41,407 nucleotides of DNA. Origin: a virus. Where the stretch lies: IMG/VR virus record IMGVR_UViG_3300010285_000002, one strand, 5' to 3'. How positions within the stretch are numbered: the stretch's first letter is position 1; each line of letters starts with the position of its first letter. The notes under the pieces are model-generated. The model saw nothing but the letters and a program-made list of their open reading frames with translations. It did no database searches and had not been told where the DNA came from. The position numbers were made by a program, and so were the translations under genes. Shown here in pieces: positions 1 to 8,531 of this stretch.

Positions 1-30
1 ATGGCAAAAAGAAAGCGAGGTTGAAGAAGA

Positions 31-309
31 ATGAGTGATTTATTGAAACTTAATAACATAGTGCAGCGAAGTGGCGACATAAAAGCTTTTCCATTGTCAA
101 GCAATATGAAAAGTGCAAAGCATAGTAAAGGCCCATGGGGAGAAGTGACTATTGCAATCGACAGTGAGAGTGTAGAACGTCTTTGGGGCAATGATGTTGT
201 CGGGATTTTGTATATTATCGGCAGGGATGAATGGGAACGCGAATGTAAACCAAAACCAAATAAGAGCGAGGGTGAGGAAGGATGGCAAAGTATAGAAAGA
301 AGCCAGTAG
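31..309 (+). CDS. hypothetical early protein (92 aa)
   Basis: ORF with RBS gcgaggttgaagaagaATG. No recognisable motif. Confidence 0.55.
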   Translation: MSDLLKLNNIVQRSGDIKAFPLSSNMKSAKHSKGPWGEVTIAIDSESVERLWGNDVVGILYIIGRDEWERECKPKPNKSEGEEGWQSIERSQ

Positions 310-581
310 TTATTGAGGCATGGAAGTGGCCTGAAAACGAAGTGCCGGAAGCTAAAATAAGCATGATAGATTCCGATTTTGACTGGATATGTAAAGAATG
401 TGGCCATTTAGCACATGAACACGGTAATTGTCCAACATTAGAAGGATACCACATTGTATGTCCAGGCGACATGATAATAAAAGGGATAAAAGGTGAATTT
501 TACCCATGCAAACCTGATATTTTTGAAAAGACATATGAAAAAGTAGAGGAAAGTGAGGTCGAACACGATGCCATGTTGTGA
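282..581 (+). CDS. hypothetical early protein (99 aa)
   Basis: ORF with upstream GAGGAAGG RBS. N-terminal KKPVVIEAWKW is reminiscent of small phage proteins. It overlaps the previous gene. Confidence 0.55.
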   Translation: MAKYRKKPVVIEAWKWPENEVPEAKISMIDSDFDWICKECGHLAHEHGNCPTLEGYHIVCPGDMIIKGIKGEFYPCKPDIFEKTYEKVEESEVEHDAML

Positions 582-687
582 AGATTGTCCGTGTGTTAAT
601 TATTGTGATGGTTCAATGATAGAAGCCTGTATGGGTGACTGGAGAAAAAGAAAACAGAGGGAAAGTGAGGTTGAACACGATGCCTAA
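568..687 (+). CDS. small Cys-rich protein (39 aa, MPCCEDCPCVNYCDG...), below the ORF-track cutoff
   Basis: ATG preceded by GTGAGGT RBS, inside a 24-nt junction motif that repeats at 661-684. The ORF fills an otherwise empty gap. Confidence 0.35.
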   Translation: MPCCEDCPCVNYCDGSMIEACMGDWRKRKQRESEVEHDA

Positions 688-817
688 AGCGATATTGGAG
701 TTGGAGATGCCGGGGAGTTGTTAGGATTGTAAATTGCGAACAATATGGGGAGCTTGCATAGTTCTTTTAGGCAACGATCGGCTGAAGCTGGTGGAGGAGG
801 TTGAAGATGCTAGTTGA
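680..817 (+). pseudogene. small Cys-rich ORF (MPKAILELEMPGSC*DCKL...) interrupted by an in-frame TAG at 722-724
   Basis: Same RBS and ATGCC junction motif as 568. The frame stays open for 30 codons after the TAG. The TAG sits inside an apparent C-x-x-C motif. Confidence 0.25.
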
Positions 818-1685
818 AAATACACTATTCGGCGTCAAGGATAAAGTAAAAATAGCAATAGACAGATTAAGAGCAGTTGAGCCGCCAGAAGGTTATTATC
901 TTGCTTTTAGCGGCGGCAAGGACAGCCAATGTATATACCATCTTGCTAAAGAGGCAGGGGTAAAGTTTGACGCACACTACAATATCACGGGAATCGACCC
1001 GCCGGAGTTAGTCTACTTTATCCGTGAATATTATCCTGATGTAAAACATGATATGTACAAAGAGTCAATGTGGAAACTTATAGAGAAAAACGGGCCACCT
1101 ACAAGGTTAAATAGGTTTTGTTGCAAAGAATTAAAAGAACGTGGTGGAGAAGGACGGATTTGTATAACCGGCGTCCGTTGGGCTGAAAGTGTAAGAAGGA
1201 AAAATGATAGACGTGCATTTGAATTTATGGGTTCAAGTAAAAAAAACAGAGTTCTTTTTAATGACAATGATGAAGGACGTAGGCAGTTTGAAAACTGTAC
1301 TTTAAAAGGGAAGTTTATAGTCAACCCTATAATTGACTGGGAAGATGCAGACGTTTGGGAGTATCTGAATAAAAGACAAATTCCACATTGTTGTTTGTAT
1401 GATGAAGGATTTAAAAGGTTAGGGTGTGTTGGATGCCCAATGGCTGGTGTTGGTAGAGTAAAAGAATTTCAGCGGTGGCCTAAATTTGAAGATGCTTACA
1501 AGCGGGCGATAGCACGTTTTATACCCGGTTATATTGAAAGACGTAAGGCTATGGGCAAAGAGCCACTGTATACCACAGTAGACGAATGGTGGAACTGGTG
1601 GATATATGGCACAGACAAGAAACTTATAATTATAGATGGTCAACAAGAAATTGAAGTTGAAGCTGGTGGAGGGAAAGGAGGTTGA
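807..1685 (+). CDS. PAPS reductase / ATP-pyrophosphatase family protein with CC..CxxC cysteine cluster
   Basis: FSGGKDSQ PP-loop motif. C-terminal HCCLYDEGFKRLGCVGCP cluster. ATG 807 lies 6 nt after GGAGGAGG; the track start at 801 is a TTG. Confidence 0.85.
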   Translation: MLVENTLFGVKDKVKIAIDRLRAVEPPEGYYLAFSGGKDSQCIYHLAKEAGVKFDAHYNITGIDPPELVYFIREYYPDVKHDMYKESMWKLIEKNGPPTRLNRFCCKELKERGGEGRICITGVRWAESVRRKNDRRAFEFMGSSKKNRVLFNDNDEGRRQFENCTLKGKFIVNPIIDWEDADVWEYLNKRQIPHCCLYDEGFKRLGCVGCPMAGVGRVKEFQRWPKFEDAYKRAIARFIPGYIERRKAMGKEPLYTTVDEWWNWWIYGTDKKLIIIDGQQEIEVEAGGGKGG

Positions 1686-1690
1686 ATAAC

Positions 1691-2140
1691 GTGAGGGAGT
1701 ATAAATTCCGTGGCAAACGTGTTGATAATGGCGAATGGGTGTATGGTTGTTTATGCTATATAGACAACGAGCCTGTAATTGTTGAAGGAAGCATGAAATG
1801 GGTAGACGGTTCTGAATTATATTGTAATACGTTTCATTTTGTTATTCCAGAAACTATCGGTCAATATACAGGCTTAAAAGATAAGAACGGCAAGGAGATA
1901 TATAAAGGGGATATTGTCGAACTTGTAAACACCTATAAAGGCATGAATACAAAAAGCATAGTCGAAATTGATTTCATTGATTTTACTTTTGCAGGGAAAT
2001 GGGCAGAAGAATACTCACCTTCGGGATATGTGTATAATCCACTTGATTCATACAATTTCCCAACAGTCACGATTGAGGTTATTGGGAACATCTATGAAAA
2101 CCCTGAACTGTTGGGCGAACATAGGAAAGGAGATTCTTGA
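1691..2140 (+). CDS. YopX family protein
   Basis: Motifs EYKFRGKR..GEWVYG, IGQYTGLKDKNGKEIYKGDIV and VIGNIYENPELL. GTG 1691 has better spacing from the GGAGG RBS than TTG 1682. Confidence 0.85.
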   Translation: MREYKFRGKRVDNGEWVYGCLCYIDNEPVIVEGSMKWVDGSELYCNTFHFVIPETIGQYTGLKDKNGKEIYKGDIVELVNTYKGMNTKSIVEIDFIDFTFAGKWAEEYSPSGYVYNPLDSYNFPTVTIEVIGNIYENPELLGEHRKGDS

Positions 2141-2899
2141 ATGAATAAATCAAAAATTGAATGGTGTGACTATACTTGGAATCCGGTTACGGGATGCTTA
2201 CATAATTGTACTTACTGCTATGCCAGACGTATTGCAAATAGATTTGGTGACAAAACTGATGGAGTATGTGATGAATGGCATGATTTGCACACACCTTTTT
2301 ACAAGATGAATGGAAGGCTTAACCCATATCCATATAGTTTTGCGCCTACATTTCATAGATATAGGCTTGATGAACCACAGAAAATTAAGAAACCGTCAAA
2401 GATATTTGTTTGTAGTATGGCAGATTTATTCGGGGACTGGGTGCCAGATGAATGGATTGAGGAAGTATTTAAAATTTGTATAATAAAGGCACCTCATCAT
2501 AAATACTTGTTCTTAACAAAAAATCCTGCGCGCTATCTTCAAATATTAAAATCCCAATATCCCCTATGTGATTATCAAAATATGTGGTTTGGATTTACTC
2601 ACACAGAGGGAGAATTGTGGGGACTGCCGGCTCATATGCAAATAAACCGATTCGTAAGTATTGAGCCGTTACTTGGTGAAGTCTATCCAAGCCCATTTTT
2701 CTGGGAAGACGGCATTGACTGGGTTATCATCGGCTCAGAAACAGGAAATCGCAAAGACAAGGTTATACCAAAACGTGAATGGATTGAGAACATCGTTTCA
2801 GAGTGCAGAGAGCATAACATTCCGGTGTTTATGAAGAATAGCCTGAAAGATTTAATGGGTAATGATTTCATTCAGGAATGGCCCGAGGGTCTCAAGTAG
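2141..2899 (+). CDS. DUF5131 (phage Gp37/Gp68) family protein with CX3CX2C motif
   Basis: N-terminus SKIEWCDYTWNPVTGCLHNCTYCYA is the family signature. Confidence 0.85.
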   Translation: MNKSKIEWCDYTWNPVTGCLHNCTYCYARRIANRFGDKTDGVCDEWHDLHTPFYKMNGRLNPYPYSFAPTFHRYRLDEPQKIKKPSKIFVCSMADLFGDWVPDEWIEEVFKICIIKAPHHKYLFLTKNPARYLQILKSQYPLCDYQNMWFGFTHTEGELWGLPAHMQINRFVSIEPLLGEVYPSPFFWEDGIDWVIIGSETGNRKDKVIPKREWIENIVSECREHNIPVFMKNSLKDLMGNDFIQEWPEGLK

Positions 2900-3098
2900 A
2901 GTTTGCTTAAATTATGCACCTTGACAATTGAATAAAAGGACAGCCCAGTTACGGGCTATCCTTAGATGCACGACCGACATACTGAATGTATTTATATACC
3001 ACAACTAAATCCACATGCAAAGTAATGAAAGGAGTGGTTAGATGAATGAAAAAACCACAGGTAAATCCACATACCCGAGAAAGTGAGGGGGAATTAAA

Positions 3099-3239
3099 TT
3101 GAATGATTATAAAAAAATATGTGAAACCTGTCTATTCTCACGTCCCTTTGCCGAATCTATTCAATATCTCAAATGTGAAAAATCCCGAAAATATGTTGAC
3201 AAGACACATACATGCAAATATTGGGCACCAAAACATTAG
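3099..3239 (+). CDS. small Cys4 protein (46 aa, TTG start; NDYKKICETCLF...CEKS...CKYW)
   Basis: TTG lies 7 nt after the GAGGGGG RBS. The alternative-frame translation looks like a zinc-ribbon module similar to the C-terminal half of ORF 3103..3384. Confidence 0.35.
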   Translation: MNDYKKICETCLFSRPFAESIQYLKCEKSRKYVDKTHTCKYWAPKH

Positions 3240-3384
3240 TAGTTGTTTTGATTGTATTTTCAAACAAGTAGATGAATATGACGGCACGATTTTTTGCACA
3301 GAAAATAGTTTTCGGGTGATAGACGATATTTGGGGTCACGGTAATAGTGACCCTTGTGAAAAATTTAGGAGGAGAGAAAAGTGA
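3103..3384 (+). CDS. hypothetical protein. The C-terminal half is a Cys4 module (CFDC..C..C); the true start may be ATG 3193
   Basis: ORF-track entry. The N-terminal 45 aa look non-protein-like and overlap the better-looking frame of 3099..3239. Confidence 0.4.
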   Translation: MIIKKYVKPVYSHVPLPNLFNISNVKNPENMLTRHIHANIGHQNISSCFDCIFKQVDEYDGTIFCTENSFRVIDDIWGHGNSDPCEKFRRREK

Positions 3385-4136
3385 ATTTACCAAAGGATTA
3401 CATAAGTGTATCTCAAATCAACATGTATCTCAGATGTCCAGCACAATATTACTTCCGATATGTTCAAGGCATGATTATACCGCCTAAATCGGCATTAACG
3501 AAAGGTAAGGCAGTACATAAAGGGCAGGAAGTCAACTACAAACAAAAGATAGATACGCACGAAGATATTAAACTTACTGATCTGCAAGAAGTTGTAGCAA
3601 CAGAATTTGAAACCTTAGCCCCAGAAACAGAATGGATGCCTGACGAGGATCCGGGCAAAGTCAAAGATGAAACAATTTCTCTTGCAAGTCTATACCACAC
3701 AGAAATTGCACCAACAGTACAACCTATGCTCGTTGAAGAAGAAATATTGATTGATATTCCCGGCGGTAAATTGAAAGGTTACATTGACCTTGTTGATATG
3801 CAAGAATACATCAGAGACACAAAAACAGCATCCAGAACACCATCGCAAGATGTTATATCAAAGTCACTTCAATTGTCAGCTTATGCTTTAGCTTATCGAA
3901 AAGAAATGGACAGAGAAGAAGCTGGAGTCAAATTAGATTATCTCGTCAACACTAAAACTCCAAAAGTAGTTACTCTTGAAGGGAAAAGAACTGAACAGGA
4001 TTTACAACGCTTCATTAACATAGCAACTCGTGTCATGGATGCAATTCAAAAAGATGTGTTCTATCCAAACCAGGACAACTTCATGTGCGACAAAAAAAAC
4101 TGCGGATACTATAAGATTTGTCATCAGACATTTTAG
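3381..4136 (+). CDS. PD-(D/E)XK (Cas4/RecB-like) exonuclease
   Basis: Motifs CPAQYYFRY, GYIDLVD...DTKT, QLSAYA and the C-terminal cysteines CDKKNCGYYKIC. GTG start lies 8 nt after AGGAGG. Confidence 0.75.
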   Translation: MNLPKDYISVSQINMYLRCPAQYYFRYVQGMIIPPKSALTKGKAVHKGQEVNYKQKIDTHEDIKLTDLQEVVATEFETLAPETEWMPDEDPGKVKDETISLASLYHTEIAPTVQPMLVEEEILIDIPGGKLKGYIDLVDMQEYIRDTKTASRTPSQDVISKSLQLSAYALAYRKEMDREEAGVKLDYLVNTKTPKVVTLEGKRTEQDLQRFINIATRVMDAIQKDVFYPNQDNFMCDKKNCGYYKICHQTF

Positions 4137-4148
4137 GAGGGATATTTG

Positions 4149-4898
4149 ATGGAATTACAAACAACTAGCTTGTCAATTATAGAAAATGTAAATTTGCAAC
4201 AGGTACAAGGAACACTAACAAAAATCGCACAATTCCAACAATTAGTACAAAATCAACTAAGACAAAACCATGATTATGGGATTATACCTGGAACACCAAA
4301 GCCAACTTTATTGAAACCAGGCGCAGAAAAAATACTCATGCTCATGGGATTACGTTCTGAATTTGAAATTGTAGATAGCACAAGAGATTTTGAAAAAGGA
4401 TTCTTTCAATATCAGGTACGATGCAAGTTATATCGTGGGGATGTACTCATTACTGAAGGTTTGGGCGCAGCAAACACTAAAGAACGCAAGTATCTCAAAC
4501 AAGATCCATTTACCATGGATAACACTGTATTGAAAATAGCCAAAAAACGTGCCTTAATAGATGCAACACTTCTCGTAGCTTCTTTATCAGAAGTTTTTAC
4601 CCAAGACATCGAGGATATGGACCTTGAAGGAAATCATTTGCCACAGACTGAGCAGCAGAGACAACAGCAGAATTTAACACCTGACAGTGATGCTGTAATT
4701 AGCAAGGCACAAGCAAAGCGTATGTATGCGTTGTCAAATGGCGATGCGGATCTTTGTAAGCGGATTATGCAAAAGTATGGTTATGAAAAGTCGGAGCAGG
4801 TCAAGAAGATTGACTACAACAAGATATGCGAAGAAATTGAAGCAGAAGTTGCAGCAAGTAAAGAAAATAATACAAAAGGAGGGGACAACAATGAATAA
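4149..4898 (+). CDS. putative single-strand annealing protein (recombinase), family not assigned
   Basis: Sits between the exonuclease and SSB. Has an acidic or Q-rich tail. ATG 4149 follows an AGGAGGG RBS. Confidence 0.5.
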   Translation: MELQTTSLSIIENVNLQQVQGTLTKIAQFQQLVQNQLRQNHDYGIIPGTPKPTLLKPGAEKILMLMGLRSEFEIVDSTRDFEKGFFQYQVRCKLYRGDVLITEGLGAANTKERKYLKQDPFTMDNTVLKIAKKRALIDATLLVASLSEVFTQDIEDMDLEGNHLPQTEQQRQQQNLTPDSDAVISKAQAKRMYALSNGDADLCKRIMQKYGYEKSEQVKKIDYNKICEEIEAEVAASKENNTKGGDNNE

Positions 4899-5283
4899 AG
4901 CATTTCTAGTTGGACGACTAACCAAAGATCCGGAACTAAATTACACAAATAACAACACAGCAGTTTGTAACTTCACTCTTGCAATAAATAGACGTTTCTC
5001 AGAAGAAACTGACTTTATCCCTATTGTCGCCTGGAGCAATACAGCCGAATTTTGCTCAAAATATTTCACTAAAGGTCGTAAGGTTATTGTCATTGGAAGA
5101 ATACAAGTCAGGTCGTGGGAGGATAACACCGGAAACAAAAGATATACAACTGAGGTTGTGGCAGAAGAAGTGGATTTTGCGGATTCGAAGAGAAACGACA
5201 TCGGAGATACATATGAGATGAATGCAAATGGTATCGATGGATTCTATCTGAATCCAGATGAGGAGGATGAAATTCCTTTTTGA
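4891..5283 (+). CDS. ssb: single-stranded DNA-binding protein
   Basis: MNKAFLVGRLTKDPEL OB-fold start and acidic C-terminal tip DEEDEIPF. RBS is AAAGGAGGGG. The upstream part of track ORF 4726.. is rejected. Confidence 0.9.
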   Translation: MNKAFLVGRLTKDPELNYTNNNTAVCNFTLAINRRFSEETDFIPIVAWSNTAEFCSKYFTKGRKVIVIGRIQVRSWEDNTGNKRYTTEVVAEEVDFADSKRNDIGDTYEMNANGIDGFYLNPDEEDEIPF

Positions 5284-5346
5284 GAAAAAACTTCCCCGGC
5301 AGTTAATCTGCTGGGGGGTACATTAAATAATAGGAGATGATATTTA

Positions 5347-5532
5347 ATGACATATAACGTGAAGTTATCACACAGCGACAAGAGCCGTGCAAAAATGTTG
5401 TACGCACCAATACGACAAGGCAAAGTTGTATATGAGCATCCAGAAGGAAGGTTTATTACTCTTGAGTTTGAAGGCAGGAGCGGGAAGTTTAGGGAATCGT
5501 TCCGGCCGGATGAATTAATAAGTGTGGTATAG
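5347..5532 (+). CDS. hypothetical protein (61 aa)
   Basis: ORF with AGGAG RBS. No recognisable motif. Confidence 0.45.
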   Translation: MTYNVKLSHSDKSRAKMLYAPIRQGKVVYEHPEGRFITLEFEGRSGKFRESFRPDELISVV

Positions 5533-5565
5533 AGGATAAGAAACAATATATACAAGTAAATATAA

Positions 5566-6261
5566 ATGAGAGAAGGTGAGCAAGTGGCAGGCTATATAAA
5601 GCTCTACAGGGATATACAAGAACACTGGATATGGCAAGATAAACCTTTCTCCAAAGGGCAAGCGTGGATTGACTTATTGATGACAGCAAATCACGATGAA
5701 AACAAGGTAGTTCTAGGCAATGAAATTATTCTTGTAGAGCGTGGCTGCTTGATTACATCAGAAGTTAAACTTGCCAAGCGATGGGGTTGGTCAAGATGTA
5801 AAGTTAGAACATTTTTAGAACTTTTAGTGAATGATGGTATGATTGATAAAAAATCAGACAGCAAAAAAACATACTTAAAGATACTAAATTACAACGTTTG
5901 GCAAGATTCAGAAACAACAAAAAAACATCAAAAAGACAGCGTTCATACAGCGTTTAGACAGCATTTAGACACAAACAAGAATGATAAGAATGAAAAGAAT
6001 GATAAGAATAATAAAAATAATATATTTATCCCACCTACACTCGAAGAAGTTACTGCATATTGCCGAGACCGAAACAATAATGTAGACGCTCAGAGATGGT
6101 ACGATTTCTATTCAGCTAAAGGCTGGATGATAGGTAAAAACAAAATGAAAGACTGGAAAGCAGCAGTAAGAACATGGGAAAAAAGTAGCACTTCAAAACA
6201 AATCAAATCTAAATCAACAAATCCATTCTTAGAACTTGCTAGAGAGGAAGGATTATTATGA
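5566..6261 (+). CDS. phage replisome organizer / DnaD-like replication protein
   Basis: N-terminus GYIKLYRDI..W has a winged-helix-like pattern. C-terminal PPTLEEVTAYC..WYDFY..KGW motif is typical of phage replication proteins. GTG 5584 is an alternative start. Confidence 0.6.
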   Translation: MREGEQVAGYIKLYRDIQEHWIWQDKPFSKGQAWIDLLMTANHDENKVVLGNEIILVERGCLITSEVKLAKRWGWSRCKVRTFLELLVNDGMIDKKSDSKKTYLKILNYNVWQDSETTKKHQKDSVHTAFRQHLDTNKNDKNEKNDKNNKNNIFIPPTLEEVTAYCRDRNNNVDAQRWYDFYSAKGWMIGKNKMKDWKAAVRTWEKSSTSKQIKSKSTNPFLELAREEGLL

Positions 6262-6863
6262 CAAGGCAAGAGGCTATTAAAATTATGACTATATTAAAAA
6301 CAGCTTATCCAAATTTCTACAAAGATTACAGCAAAGAAGAGTTAAATGCTGCAATAGATTTATGGGCAACAATGTTTGTTGATGAACACCCTAAAATAGT
6401 TACTGAGGCAGTAAAAGCTCTTATATGTACACATAAATATCCTCCTACAATAGCAGATATCAAAGAAAAAATTGCTACTATAACAAGGCCTCAAGAGATG
6501 ACTGAAATGGAAGCCTGGCAAAAAGTAAAAGCAGCAATTAGTTACTATAATGCAGCGGAAAACTTTGATAAGTTACCACCAACCCTTCAAAAGATAGTTG
6601 GTAGTCCAAATACTTTGAGAGAATGGGCAGTAATGGATGGCGAAGTGGTCAATAGTGTTATACAGTCAAATTTCATGCGAAGTTACAAAATAAAAGTTGC
6701 TCAGGAAAAAGAATTTACAGTGCTGCCAGATAGCACAAAGCAGCTTATCGCTGGCTTGTCTCAAAGATTGAGTTTGGAGGACGATTATGAACCTAATAGC
6801 GAACGCAAAGTTGATGTTGACAAAGTGCAAAGACTGCCTTGGATGCAATCAACTGGAGATTGA
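6258..6863 (+). CDS. G39P-like replicative helicase loader/inhibitor
   Basis: ILKTAYPNFY...AIDLWATMF pattern. It follows the organizer gene and shares an ATGA overlap with it. Confidence 0.6.
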   Translation: MTRQEAIKIMTILKTAYPNFYKDYSKEELNAAIDLWATMFVDEHPKIVTEAVKALICTHKYPPTIADIKEKIATITRPQEMTEMEAWQKVKAAISYYNAAENFDKLPPTLQKIVGSPNTLREWAVMDGEVVNSVIQSNFMRSYKIKVAQEKEFTVLPDSTKQLIAGLSQRLSLEDDYEPNSERKVDVDKVQRLPWMQSTGD

Positions 6864-6957
6864 AACCTTCAGGGGAAATGACAAGTGCAAAAATTATCGA
6901 TGTGGTGTTACATTAGACGAAACAAGACTCAAAGAGTATGAAGGAGTGGGAAAATGA
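6814..6957 (+). CDS. small Cys-rich protein (47 aa, MLTKCKDCLGC...CKNYRC), below the track cutoff
   Basis: Fills the 6864-6953 gap. Its TGA overlaps the ATG of the VRR-NUC gene (aaaATGA), which suggests translational coupling. Confidence 0.4.
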   Translation: MLTKCKDCLGCNQLEIETFRGNDKCKNYRCGVTLDETRLKEYEGVGK

Positions 6958-7313
6958 AATCAGCTGAATCATTGGAACAACAAGCTTTAATACAATGGGC
7001 GCAATTTCAATCAAGAACTTATCCTGAGCTAAAACTGCTTTATCATGTACCAAATGGAGGAAAGAGGAATAAAGTCACAGCGATACGACTCAAGAAAGAA
7101 GGAGTCAAGGCAGGAGTGCCGGATTTATGCTTACCGGTACCCAAAGGAAAATGGCATGGACTCTATATAGAGATGAAGGCTCAAAACGGGAAACTGTCAG
7201 AAAAACAAATATGGTGGATAGAACAGCTTAGGCAGCAAGGATATTATGTAGCGGTGTGCTACGGCTGGGAACAGGCAAAAGAGACGATTGTGAGGTACTT
7301 GAAGGGAGAGTGA
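6954..7313 (+). CDS. VRR-NUC domain nuclease
   Basis: Motifs GVPDLCL and YIEMKAQNGKLSEKQIWW. Confidence 0.85.
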   Translation: MKSAESLEQQALIQWAQFQSRTYPELKLLYHVPNGGKRNKVTAIRLKKEGVKAGVPDLCLPVPKGKWHGLYIEMKAQNGKLSEKQIWWIEQLRQQGYYVAVCYGWEQAKETIVRYLKGE

Positions 7314-7317
7314 AAAT

Positions 7318-7515
7318 ATGTTGCCATGGTTCAAAGAGCAAAAACCTTGGAAAATACTGAATCATCCGAATAGGATGAATAGTGAAGTTATAGTTAGACC
7401 AATGAATGAAGAAGAGATCCGGAAATATGGTCCGCCTAAGAATATGAAAATAGAAAAGAAAGAAGAGAAATATGTTTGCAGGATTTGCGGTAAAGAGAAT
7501 TGTGACAGAGGCTAG
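7318..7515 (+). CDS. hypothetical protein (65 aa)
   Basis: ORF tightly packed after VRR-NUC, with a C-terminal CRICGKENC motif. Confidence 0.45.
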   Translation: MLPWFKEQKPWKILNHPNRMNSEVIVRPMNEEEIRKYGPPKNMKIEKKEEKYVCRICGKENCDRG

Positions 7516-7523
7516 GGGTAAAG

Positions 7524-7808
7524 ATGGCAAAGAAAAAAGAAGATAAAAAAGAGTTCGTTGTATATAAGGTAACAGATTGGAGGCTGTATCATGACGAAGA
7601 TCCATTCGCTAAATTAATCGAGGATGGATTGTATTATTGGGAAGCGCATCAATTGTGCAATAAGCTTAATATAAAGTCTGGATTGGAACCTACAGGAGGA
7701 TATAAGGTCTGTCATATATCAGATTGGGAAAAGCATCTTGAAAAATTCCGAGAATATCTCGAAATGAAACCTTTATCGGAATATAAGCAATTAAGCTTAT
7801 TTGAATAG
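7524..7808 (+). CDS. hypothetical protein (94 aa)
   Basis: ORF with RBS GGGGTAAAG. Confidence 0.55.
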   Translation: MAKKKEDKKEFVVYKVTDWRLYHDEDPFAKLIEDGLYYWEAHQLCNKLNIKSGLEPTGGYKVCHISDWEKHLEKFREYLEMKPLSEYKQLSLFE

Positions 7809-7821
7809 GAGTGTGAAAAGT

Positions 7822-8013
7822 ATGAGCAAATATGGTGAAATTAAATCATTTTTAAAAATAGTTTGCCCATATAAATCAAACTTTTGTAACGGGCAAGCGA
7901 TTAAGACAGAAAAAACAGTAGACAGAGAACCTTGTAGATTCTACAGAGGTGGCAAATGTAGACATCTGTTGAATCCAAAGAACATGAGGCAATTGCAAAA
8001 GAAAACTCCATGA
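7822..8013 (+). CDS. hypothetical Cys-containing protein (63 aa)
   Basis: ATG 7822 follows a TAGGAGTG RBS. The track start at 7801 is a TTG with no RBS. Confidence 0.5.
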   Translation: MSKYGEIKSFLKIVCPYKSNFCNGQAIKTEKTVDREPCRFYRGGKCRHLLNPKNMRQLQKKTP

Positions 8014-8027
8014 ATGGAGGGATACAT

Positions 8028-8444
8028 ATGACACAAGAAGAACTTAGTAGGTTGCAGCACATCCAGAAGGAAATTCAAATCATTCAGCAGCAAATCAGCA
8101 ATACAAGTCACTTATCATATCAATATGACAAAGTCAGGGGTTCAGATTCTAATTTCCCTTATACATTACGTTCGTTCACAGTTGAAGGCTATGACTATGA
8201 CGCTTATTATGCAAAGTTAGACAGATTGAACAAAAAGCTTGAACAGAAACTATGTGAATTGATGGACGAAAAAGATAGGTTGAATGATTATATTGAAAGC
8301 GTAGAAGACCCAATCATGAGGATGATTTTGCGATTGAAGCATATGGATGGACTTACATGGAGCCAGATCGGAGACAGAATTGGGTATACTGAGAGACAAT
8401 GCAGACGAAAATATAAGAAATTTTTTGAGAGTAAGAATGTGTAA
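8028..8444 (+). CDS. putative late-gene transcriptional activator (sigma-70 region-4-like; ArpU/RinA/DUF1492-type)
   Basis: C-terminal LTWSQIGDRIGYTERQCRRKYKKF helix-turn-helix. It is the last early gene before the packaging module. ATG 8028 follows GGAGGG. Confidence 0.6.
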   Translation: MTQEELSRLQHIQKEIQIIQQQISNTSHLSYQYDKVRGSDSNFPYTLRSFTVEGYDYDAYYAKLDRLNKKLEQKLCELMDEKDRLNDYIESVEDPIMRMILRLKHMDGLTWSQIGDRIGYTERQCRRKYKKFFESKNV

Positions 8445-8531
8445 AAATGTCCGTCAATGTCCGTTTCTAATGTGTTATATTGGTATTGTGAAAAGTGTAT
8501 TTTACGATACTCCCCTAAATAATATTAGACT

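Noticed and set aside
2939-2965. Hairpin GGACAGCCC/GGGCTATCC after the DUF5131 gene as a terminator, and the TAAATCCACAT direct repeat at 3007 and 3061.
   Set aside because: The hairpin has a mismatch and no T-tract. The 11-mer repeat occurs only twice and shows no further pattern. The evidence is too weak to assign a function.
4726-4890. N-terminal extension of the SSB ORF (track start 4726).
   Set aside because: It overlaps the annealing-protein gene in another frame. The canonical SSB start MNKAFLVGRL with RBS AAAGGAGGGG is at 4891.
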